A DNA stretch of 64,000 nucleotides, taken from positions 51,337,815 to 51,401,814 of the forward strand of contig NC_058368.1 in NCBI RefSeq assembly GCF_018350175.1, given 5' to 3'. The notes under the pieces were generated by a model. The model saw only the letters and a list, made by a program, of their open reading frames with translations. It searched no databases and was not told the DNA's origin. Both the position numbers and the translations under genes were made by a program. Shown in pieces: positions 15,201 to 27,400 of this stretch (the first letter of the stretch is position 1; each line of letters starts with the position of its first letter). This DNA comes from Felis catus. Lineage: Eukaryota.

Positions 15201-18167
15201 AGTAGTCCAAGCAACTTGCTATGTTCATAATGCTATATATTACAAATACTAATTGTAATAAATTGCATAAAAACAAACAAAAATCCCTTCCTGGGAAAAG
15301 TGAGGTTTAAACCACCTTGATTTTTAAAAGTGATTACTAGGAAAGGAAGACATAAGAGACAGTTACTGCTCTAGAGGTGTTTCTTTAGATTTTTTACTAC
15401 TCAAGGAATGACGTTTTTTTTCTAGCGAGGGTTACCTATTTGAATTCTTCATTCTAAAAATTGAGTAATTATTGAGTAAATTATTGAGTTTAGAAAGGTA
15501 GACAGACACATAGGCATATGCTTCCATAAATGTCTCAAATACCATAAAGTAATTAAAATTCTTAAATAATGTTACAAATATAATAAGTACTATCACATGG
15601 ACAAGTTACTGTTTCATACTTCAAAAGTGGAAACTTTTAGCAGTAAGGGATTTTCTAATTCATTCCATCACAAGACAAACAGGAAACACAAAACAGCAGC
15701 AAATCAATCAGGCCTGCATCTGAAATCCCTATCGAAAATCCCAATATCATTTCTCTAAGACAAATTTTTATTACTTTATAATATTCTGAAATAGCTATGA
15801 AAATCTACAGATTAAAATACTGTTAATGGCATAATACAGATAGTCTGAGTCATGAGGTAAAGTTTCAAATCATGCTCAAAGTAGAAAATGTTTAAAAATA
15901 TACAAAATATTAAATTAAGTGTTTTTGTTAAAAGTAGCTATATTTCTTCTGGTATGTTATAGTTTGCTGAGTGCTTCAAGTGATTTTTCTCATTATGTCA
16001 TATATTTTATAGTATCCTAGCTCATTATAACAGAGGAACAAACCATATTAATTCACTGTAAATATGCTAAATACCTGTATAATAATTGAGGTATCTGACC
16101 AGCATTAACATCTGTACCATTATTTGATTTCTTTGAACTCTTAAATTGGAAAACAACCCTAAGAAGAGAAAAAATAACAATGACACCAAAAAACAACATG
16201 ATTCGAGATTCATGAAAGAAAATAAGAAATCTGACAATTGCCTTTTCAAATATATGTTAATGCACAGAGATCCATTCTTTAAGAAAAAAACCTACAAGTA
16301 AAAAGGAATTGTTTTTATTCTGGTTCAAGCTCTGAGTGGCTTAAGGAATAAAATGAAGGAAATGAACCTGATCAGGCAGCCATGGGTAAGCGGCAGGTCC
16401 CTCCAGCTCAACTTTAACCAGAACAATAAGCTAGTAACAAAATACTTCAACTTACAGTTTAAAATGTGCTCAACCACACACATGACACCTTCTATTTAAA
16501 GCAGCTTTAAACTGCTGTGATACTCCAAAGTTCAATGAACTGCATGTGGAATCATGAGGTCCAGGACCAAGGCAATCTCCCTGGTGCTAACACGTAATCT
16601 TACAGTAAGTAGAAAGGGATACATTACAGCTGACTTGATTCTTCTATGGCATTCTACTTGAACATTCAGGAACAAAGATTTCACCTCTTACATTAGTCTG
16701 TTCTGTTTCTGGTCAGCTCTGTTATGAATAGAACATAACTATTTGAAATATACTGTTGCATAACTTTTACTCATGCTCAAGAAGAGTAAGAGTAAACTGA
16801 ATTTCTCTTCTAAGTAATGGTCCTTCCAAACACACAAAATCAGAGTACTGAGAATAAAGAAGGATGGAGTTAGACTCAAGAGATTCCAGGTCTAGATTTG
16901 GTTCTGCCACACAGCAGCGATAGGATGTGAAGCAAATCACTTCACTTTCTGTCTCTCTATTCCCCTGAGAGGAAAACAGGGCTAATAATGGCTTCACGTA
17001 ATTGTTGAGGCCATCAAATGAGAATATAGATATGAAAGTATTTTATAAACTGAAAAATGATCTATATATGAAATTTAAGCAGTAAATTTCCCTACATTTT
17101 ATTAAAACTGTACCATCTCATATTGCCAAAGCTCTGCAATTTATAAACTGCTTTCATAAGAACTATCAAACTGCACAGCAAGTATTTATTCCTTTTTTTA
17201 TGGTTTCCAAATTCCTCATTTACCTTGTCACTTTATATAATTTCTAACTGGTAATAAGTTCTTAAACAATATAACACCCAGAAATACATACAAATGACAA
17301 ATGGCAAGAGCAAAGAATAGCAGTCCAATTGTCTCCCTGTTCTGTCTAGACCTTAAATTTGGCATGAGATCAAATAAACTTAAATGTTTGGCAGTCATAT
17401 ATTCTAGTCTTACTAACATTTTTACCTTACCGAAAGACCTCTGAGCTTTTAAAACAATATTCCACTAACAAAAATGAGAGCTGCTTAAGTAATACTTAAA
17501 CATTCTGCTTACCCGTCATCTGTGGTAATAGAAGCTTGTCCATGAGATCCACAGTCACTGCTGGGTCCAGACACTCGAGCCCATGCTACATACCACCATC
17601 CAGCTTGCAAGAGAACTGGCTCATCAAACATCATTGCATACTTTTCTCTGAGAGAAAAATTAGTGAGTCAAAGACAATGCCTTTGCCCTGCTACATGCAT
17701 GTGTTTATTAGTTTTATTTATTATTAAAAAAAATTTTTTAATGTTTATTTATTTTTAAGAGGCAGAGAGAGACAGAAAGTGAATGGGGAAGGGGCAGAGA
17801 GAGAGGGAGACACAGAATCCGAAGCAGGCTCCAGGCTCCAAGCTGTCGGTACAGAGCCTGACGTGGGGCTTGAACTCACCAGCTGTAAGATCGTGACCTG
17901 AGCCAGTCAGATGCTCAACTGACTGAGCCACCCAGGCACCCTGCATTTATTGGTTTTAAATCCTTTATAAACAAAGCATGAAATACATTGTATAATATTC
18001 TTATTAAACATCATTAAAAACCTTCTATTTAAAAAAGTCTGGGGGCGCCAGGGTGGCTCACTCGGTTAACCATTCAACTCTGCATTTCAGTTCAGGTCAT
18101 GATCTCACTGTTTGTGAGTCTGAGCCCTGCATCAGGTTCTGCACTGACATGTTGAGCCTGCTTGGAA

Positions 18168-18206
<39 letters not shown>

Positions 18207-18365
18207 CTTCCCCCACCCTCTCTCAAAGTAAATAAATAGAGGCACCTGGGTGGCTCAATCGGTTAAGCATCTGACTTCGGCTCAGGTCATGATCTCACAG
18301 CTCGTGGGTTTGAGCCCCGTGTTGAGCTCAGTGCTGACAGCTCAGAGCCTGGAGCCTGCTTCGAA

Positions 18366-18422
<57 letters not shown>

Positions 18423-21400
18423 TGCGCCTCCCCCACTTGCACGCTCTCTCTCTCTCAAAAATAAATAAACATTAAAAATAAATAAACTTAAAAATAAAAG
18501 TCTAAAAAAAAAAGAGTGCATACATGCACTCCAATGTTCATGGTAGCACTACCAACAATAGCCAAAGTATGGAAAGAGTCCAAATGTCCATCAACTGACG
18601 AACAGATAAAGAGGATTATTAGTCATTGATCAAAAAGAATGAAATCTTGCCATTTGCAACAGCATGGATGGAACTAGACTGTATTATGCATGCTAAGAGA
18701 AGTAGTCAGAGAAAGACAGAATCATATGATTTCACTCATATGTGGAATTTAAGAAACAAAAGAGATGAACAGAGGGGAAGGGAAGCAAAAATAAGATAAA
18801 AACAGAAAGGGAGACACACCCCAAGAGACCCTTAAATACAGAGAAGAAACTGAGGGTTGCTGGAGAGGAGGAGGGTGGGGGGACGGGCTAAATGGGAGAT
18901 GGGCATTAAGGAGGAACTTGCTGGGATGAACACTGGGTTTTATATGTAAGTGATGAATCACGAAATTCTACTCCTGTAATCATTATTACACTATATGTTA
19001 ACTAACTTGGATTTAAATGAAAATAATAATAAAAAATTTTTTTAAAAAAGAAGAAAAAATTAAAGGAAGAGGAAAAAAAAGGTGTCTGGCTGGCTCAGTT
19101 AAAAAAGCACGCAACTCTTGATCTCAGAGTTGTGACTTTGAGCCCCATGTTGGGTATAGAGATCACTGAAATAAATAAACACACAAATAAACAAAAAAAA
19201 AGTCAGAAAAAAATTAAAAAGTCTTGACAAGAACACACAAATAATAATAGTCATTCGTGTTGTGGTGATGACACCCCTCAACCTTGAATTCTACAACTTG
19301 CTTAAATGTTATAAAACTTTCATATTAAAATAACACAAAATCTTTTAATTGTTGTTAAAAACAAACAAACCATGCCAGTGTCATTGGAAAATGAAACTCT
19401 GAATTTTAGTTTTAAAGTTCATTTATTTAAGTCAAGTTTTTTCAGAGGTAGCATATTAAGAAAACGGTTTTGGAGTCGGATGGCCAGAATTCAAGGCTCA
19501 GCTTCACAACACTAGTTGTGTGACCTTGGGCAAATTATTACACCCTCTCTGTGACTCAGTTTCTTCATCTGAAAATAGGGATGAAGATGAGGTCTAGATC
19601 ACAGGATTGTTCTGAGGACTGAGCAAATTCAAATAAAGTGTTGGAACTGTGCCCGTCACATAGTAACTACACAAAAAATTTTACTAAAATAGAAGGAGAA
19701 AGCATGTATAAAAATAAGGACATCTGATAAAGATACACACAAGTTTTAGTTCCAGGTAATGGAGTATAGTGGTTGTAGCTGGGAAACTGGGATAGAAAAA
19801 AGAATCAAGGGTATTTGAGGAAGGGGACAAATTCACACACTATAGAGGTATGAAGGTACACAACAGCGCCTGAAAATGACAGGGGGTCCAGTCGGGTTAA
19901 AGCATTAAGACAGATAAAAACGATTAGTAGGAAGTAAGTTAAAAAAGATGCTATAAATGATCATGGAAGTCCTTTAATGCTAGCTGTAGGAACCTGGGCT
20001 TTGTTAGTCGGCAAATAAATACACTCTACATGATTCTCTATATGTGAAACAATATTATTTTTGACCCATAATTACATGTTCAAAAATAAATGCTAAATGA
20101 CAATGGCATCTTAAGGCTTTGTTAAAAATTAATCAATTAACTTTTCCTGATCTTCATTTTTTGTCACATAAAATATGACTGAAAAGTATCTCCTGACATT
20201 GGTAAATGCCTGAAGTGAAAAAACAGTCAGAATTTTCTTTAAGTTTGCTGTTTTGTTCTCAAAGTACGTATCTGTTAAAAGCAGACTCAATGCCTTACTA
20301 CCATTTTCAGAAATCACATTTTCACTAGCAAAAAGCTCACGTATGACACACAGGTTTTAACGTAACTATCATTGGGAAGAAGTATACTATTATTATTTTG
20401 AAGTTCAATTTATTCTCTTTCACACCATAATATTCCCTGATTCAAATCACTAACTTGTCATAACATAGTGTTGGAGATATTCCGTGGCATTATACAGAGA
20501 GGACTGATAAAATCTAAGTCTCTTCTTACTTAATGAAGCTTTATAAATAAACATCTGGATTCTGGTAACCTCCTAAGAGGTTTCAGTAAAAGCTGGCCAC
20601 CACCCCAAGCATGTTACAAACAAGCACATACTATGGGCATGGTGTTAGGGCGCACAGGTGATTGGACTTCTGGCCTTCTCTATTTGATACTATATACATG
20701 CTCCAGGTAGTAAATAATTGTATCACATCACTGGAAAGCTAGCACAGTAGCTGTTCTCTAAGGGATGCATGAAAGCAAAGGTATATAAAATATATGTATA
20801 GTTTCATCCAATCTTCAATGGAGAAATAATTTATAAAATACAAATAGGGAAAATACTGTTAGTTTTAATGAAGCTGTTAAATGCAACACTTATACACAAT
20901 TTAATATCTCAAGCATCTTATCACGGATTATTTAAAACATCCTTTTCATGTTTGTTTCTTCACTTACAATGAATTTTTCATATTAAGTATGTAAGGATGA
21001 TGCTGAGTAATTGGGAAATCATTACCTGGCAGCACAGTCATAAGCTAACACATCAGTCTCTGCAAGAAGGTCTCCATCGGTTTCATGATCTCCTCCATCA
21101 GGACCCAACTCGAACAGCTGGGGAAAGGAGAAAAAACCCGTCGTTTCTAGTCTGTCATTCAATCATGCAAACCTGCTGAATAATATGTTTATAATTTTGT
21201 GTGTTTCCAAAAATGTGCTGGACACTGAAGAATGTAAAAATCAGAATGCATGCTTTTCTTTTTGAGTTTTACTGATTTATTTTGAGAGAGCGAGAGAGCA
21301 TGGGGGAGGGGCAGAGAGAGAAGGAGAGAGAAAATCCCAAGCAGGTTCCGTGCTGTCAGCACAGAGCTCAACATGGAGATCGATCCCATGAACTGTGAGA

Positions 21401-24400
21401 TCATTACCTCAGCTGAAATCAAGAGTTGGATGCTTAACCGACTGAGCCACCCAGGTGCCCCAGAATGCCTGCTTTTTTAACGTTGAATACACAAACCTAC
21501 ACATTTAAATTTAGAAACTCATGGCCTATATTAATTTCAGTTTATTTATATATTCATCTATTTATAGTAAATGCTCCAAGTTCTTCTGTACCAAATATAA
21601 ACATCTGAAGGAGGTGAAAGAATTCAACCAATGCATTGTATCTAAGTGAGCTTCCAAGGAGGAAGAATTTTGCTTCAACACGTACAAGCTGTGAGATATG
21701 GGACCTGGTTTCCTCATGCATAAAAGGAAAATGGACACTAACAGTGCCTACTTCATAGTAATTGTGAGAATTACATGAAATAATACTCATGGAGCATTTA
21801 GAAAAATACGCAGCAAAAAGGCTAGAAAAATTTTAGCTATGGAGAGAGAGAGGAATAATAGAAGATAAGGATCCTTAAAACAGTTCAAAGTAATATGGCA
21901 CAGGAATAGGAGAGATGAAGAGAATGAAATAAAATGGGTATAAACAAGGGGAGGAGGACCAGAAAGTCTGAGGAAAGGATAAGAGAGAAGATATCAAAGA
22001 TGAAAAGTTATGAAATTAAGTGAAAATAAAGGAGAATTATTAGGAAGAGATCTTTTTTCTTCAAAAATGGACCAACACATATAAAAAAAAACCCTCATTT
22101 CTCTGGAGAATTATATAGCAGGTAAACTACAAAAACACTAAGGAGGAAGAGAAGGGGGCATTAAAACTTACTGGATAATTACTATGCTAGATGTCTCATT
22201 TTATCAATTATATGCTAATAATTTGAAAATCTGTCTCCAGTTCAGATCTTGTTCTCAACAGCCACTGCATTCCTCTCCTACAGCTGGACCTCATTAGTTC
22301 TAAAATGAGTCACTCCCCTTCTCCCCTGCCTTCCCCGTTCTGATTATCACTCACTCACTCAGATAAAAAATCTGGAATAATCCTTTTTCCCGTATCTTTC
22401 TGCCATCACTACATCTATTTTATTGCTGGTACCATAGCTTGTCAGTTCACGCATGCTCACTGTTACTAGCTAGAACTCATCAGTCTTCTTATCTCCATTC
22501 TCTCCTTGCTCTGGCCCATTTCCACAAGGGTTCCATAAACCACAAGCATTCTGGTTTTTTTTTTAATGATCCTTAGTACTCTGTAAAATGAATATTTGAT
22601 TAGAATATTTCTGTAATCTAAAATTTTTCAGTGGTTTCTCATTCCCTGCTTTGTATGTAGCATAATATAAAGGTCCTTAATGATTTCCCCCTTATGTTCA
22701 ACAAATATTTCTCAACACATACTGTGTAGTGTCCTAGGAACGGCCAAGGCCACACAGGTGAGAACAATGCAAATAAAAAAATGGGGTAATTGGAAGTTAA
22801 ATTTGTGGTAAGGGAGAGGATTGTTTAAAAAAATTTTTTTTAACATTTATTTATTTTTGAGACAGAGAGAGACACAGCATGAACGGGGGAGGGGCAGAGA
22901 GAGAGGGAGACACAGAATCGGAAGCAAGCTCCAGGCTCTGAGCCATCAGCCCAGAGCCCGACGCGGGGCTCGAACTCGCAGACTGCGAGATCGTGACCTG
23001 AGCTGAAGTCGGGCACTTAACCAACTGAGCCACCCAGGCGCCCCGGGAGAGGATTGTTTTAAATAGGCTCACCAGAGAATCAAGACCTGAATATAATGAG
23101 GAAGTGATCCACGGAGGTACTAAAGAGTTGCAGTCAGCAGAAGTAGTCAGTGTAAAAGTCCTGAGGTTTCACTATGCCTGGCACGTCTGAGGAACAACAG
23201 CAGGCCACTGTGGCTGGATTAGAGTGAGACAGCTAGTATAATATAAGGTCAGAGTGATAATGGCAGGCAGTTCTATGGTGCTTTGTGGGCCCTCCTAAGG
23301 CCTGTAGCTTTTAATCTAATCCTAGAAGACACTGCAGGAATCCCAACAGAAGGAGTAGCATACTCTGGTGGACATTTTAAGAAAATCTCTGCTGTACTGA
23401 GAACAGAATAAAGGGAGCAAGGACAGAAGCAGGATACAAGTTGGGAGGCTACTGTAATAATCTAGGTGAGAATGGCTATGGTTTGGACTGATTTGATATT
23501 AGGAACAGTTTTTAGAAGTGGTTAAATCCTGGCTTTATTTTCAAAGTTCAGCCAACAGTGTTTGCTGCCGGAGGAGATGTGGGGTGTGAAAGAGAGAAGG
23601 CAAGGATGATTCCAAGATTTCTGGCCCCAGCAGGTAGAGGAATAAAGTTAGCTCTATCCTAAGTCAGTTAATTGGGATGGGGAAAACATCAGAACAACAA
23701 GTTTATTAGAGAGATCACCACAAGCCTAGTGTTGAATATGTTATATCCGAAACGCCTATTAGCTATCCAACTGGAGATGTGAAGTAGGAGCTGTATCTAT
23801 GACTTTGGAGGTTAATAAATTGAAAGTAATCAGAGGAAAAATACTTAAAACGCCATAAGCCTGGATCATTTTAGGGATGAACAGACTGTAAAAAGTGTCC
23901 AAGACTGAGTTCTGGCACTCCAACACTCAGAGGTCAGGAAGATGGTGAGTAACCAGGCTGGGACTCAGAAGAACAGTCAGTGAGATGGGACAAAAATCAA
24001 GTGTGGGCCCTTAGGAGCCAAGTGAAGACAGTATTTTAAAGAAGGGTTTAATTGGATTAAATTATGTCCACTGGTTAAGGAAGATGAGGAGTGAGGAGAA
24101 TTGACCACTGGCTTTAGCAATCAGAAGCCACTCACATCCTTGACAAGAGCAGTTTTGGTGGAGTGGGTGGGGCAAAAACGTGATTAGAGTGGATTCAAGA
24201 AGGAAAGGGAAGAGAAAGAATGGAAACACAAAGCATGTCAGTAAGAATATGTACAGAGTCCAGCTAGGTGGCTAGTCCAAGACAAGTACCTTTGCCCAGA
24301 GTAGTTAGTGGTGGAAGACTCTTCTAGCAGCAGGAAGGAGGTAAAGGAGGATCCAACAAGAAAGATGTCTAGGTTTCTGACTTAGGGTAACAAGCATATT

Positions 24401-27400
24401 GTGGATGGTACTATTTAAGAAAGGGACTACTGGAAGAAAGCCAGGTCCTGGGGAAAGAGCATGAATTCAGTTGAGATATAAAGACTAACAACTGTCATGC
24501 CTTTAAAGCACTTACATGGAAATGGGTCAAAGAAGAAGTCTGAGCTGGAGATCTAAATTTGGACATCATGGTATGCTGACAGCTATTTAAACTTCAGGCT
24601 TAGAAGAGAATGTCTAGGAGAAAATATAAAGTGTAGAAATAGGGCCCTAGGGCTGGGCTTAGAAGAAATCCAACATTTAGTGTCCAGGTAGAAGAGGACA
24701 AACCTACAAAAAAGACAGAAGAAACAACCAGAGATATGAAAACAAAACAAAACAAAACAAAAAAATAAAGAGGCTTACTGCTAGAAAAAAAAATGTATAC
24801 CTTGGAGAGGTGAGTGGAGGAATAAAAAAAGACTTCCGTTGGAAAACCTTAGTTTACTAATAACTGAATTACAAAGGCAAGTTCACATCCAGTGTACTGG
24901 AGGAATAAGGGAGGATTTGAGACTTAGAAAAAAAAATTACATCCACTATAAAGACAGGATTATGGAAGGCCTATATACTTCTGTACCACAACTACTGGAG
25001 ACAGGGGTCAGTATGGTGTTCAATATCATCAAAACAAAACAAAAAACTTTTCAGGGCCAGAAAAAAAATATCTTCTTGATAAACTTACTAGACAGTGCCA
25101 ACTAGCATTATGTAATTCACGGAGTTTGCTTCTCAATCTTAACTTTGAATCAAGACATCTTAAAATAACCCTTTCAAAGAAGTTGCTCTGAAATAAGCCA
25201 AAAACTATAACTACTGTCCTTCCTCCCCTTCTTCCTCCCTTCCTTCTTCCCCTCCCCTCCCTCTCCCCTTCCTTTGTATATATGTATGAATGTATGTATG
25301 TATGTGTGTATCTATCTATCTATCTATCTATCTATGCATGCCCTAGGTATCCTTAATCATTACTCCATCCCTATCCCTAGGGACTTCTAATTCTTACTTC
25401 CTTAATCTCTATATTACCTGTGTTTCTTTACCACATGTAGTACAATCATAGCCAGAAATAAGCAAATGTTTTTAAGTCTGTCAGCTCTGGGTGGGTCTCT
25501 ATGGGAAGTGTCCTCAAAAACCATCATTTTAAGGGAGTTTTAACAATATAATTTTTAGATATTAAAACAATTTTTTTTAACGTTTACTCGTTTTTTGAGA
25601 CAGAGAAAGACAAGAGTATGAGCAGGGAAGGGGCAGAGGGAGACACAGAATCTGAAGCAGGCTCCAGGCTCTGAGCTGTTAGCACAGAGCCTGATGCGGG
25701 GCTTGAACTCACGAACTGTGAGATCATGACCTGAGCCGAAGTTGGCTGCTTAACTTAACTGACTGAACTACGCAGGCATTCCAATTTTTAGATATTATTG
25801 AGAGAACTAAGAATTTATCTCCTGAACAGATGGCATTTAATTGAGAATTTTTAATGAAGCCTGCTATTGAAATTAAGGCAGTACCTATAGTTTTACTTTA
25901 AAGGCAAAATCAGATTGGGGCACCTGGGTGGCTCAGTTGGTTAAGCAGCCAATTTAGGTTCAGGTCATGATCTCCCAGTCTGTGTGTTCTAGCCCGTGTC
26001 GGGCTCTGTGCTGACAGCTCACAGCCTGGAGCCTGCTTCAGATTCTGTGTCTCCCTCTCTCTCTGCTCCTTCCCCTGCTCGCACTCTGTCACTCTCTCAA
26101 AAAAATAAACATGGGGGGAAAAAAGGCAAAATCAGATTAATTTGAGAAGTAGAACATTCAAGCTGTTAGTGAATTTTCAAAGAATGAGCATATCCTTTGC
26201 TTGCAATAATTGCAGGTCTTTTCTGAGATGAACAGGTAAAGTAAACTTAGGACTTTTGATTATTTTTATGTTATCTACCTAATGAATTCCATACCCCATA
26301 TTCCATCTCTCACTTCATTCCTGGTCCCCACTCTTAGGGTGATCATGTCTACATAGTATTTGGCATCAAAAATGCTAACTTTTTAAAAAGTTTCTTTATT
26401 TGAGAGAGTGAGCATACACATGAGCGGGCGGAGGGGCAGAGAGAGGGAGAGAAAGAATCCCAAGCAGTTTCCACGGTCAGTATGGAGCCCATTGTGGGGC
26501 TTGATCTCATAAACCAGGAGATCATGACCTGAGCCGACATTAAGAGGTGGATGCTTAACCTACTGAGCCACCCAGACCCCCTAATGACTTTTAAGGCTAC
26601 ATCAAAATGTCCCTGAATCAAAACAGCTGTGCCCACGTTATTAAAGTGGCTACAAAAAATGGAGGCATATCAAAAGGTACTGCTGTTCCTAGACCACTAG
26701 GAAGTTCAGCACAAAGGATTGAGATTGACTATTATAGTCTTTTTCAGCCTAAAATTATTATAAAATCATTTTCCATCATTTCCTCACTTCTTGACTTTTG
26801 CTTTTCTAATGAGTCAATGATTTAGTATTATTATATTAGATTTTAGCAATGTTTCCTCAAGTCCTTTTTTATATATATTATATATATGAAATAATAAGCT
26901 AACTCAAAACCAACATCTTCAAACAAGGGCAACAGTGTCAAAAAACTGCTTACCTTAATTTTCGCAGTATATTCTCCTCTACCTCCAAACAGACCAAGGC
27001 CACCAAGTAAAATATCAGTGTCAGCACTAAAACGTATAGCTTCTACTGAATGCGCAGAGTAACCCCAGCCCCCTCCATGACCTAAAGGACACAAATAAAT
27101 AATTTATGTTTTAAGATATTTATATTTCACTTATAAAACAATATTTCCTAAAGATAAATATACATACTTTCAAACCTGTTCACTACACTATAATCTTCTT
27201 TGGAATAAACCTTCATTACTGCTTGAGTCTCCTCCTCTGTACTTGCAACACCCATTTTTAAATCCTGCATAGCTGCTAAGGTATCAAGGCAACCTAAAAA
27301 CAAACAAACAAAAATTCAACTCCTTGAAATTAAAATTTCCTATTATATTGATGACAGGAGATGATGTAGGGAATAAATTAAAATAGTTAACTCTGAGTGT

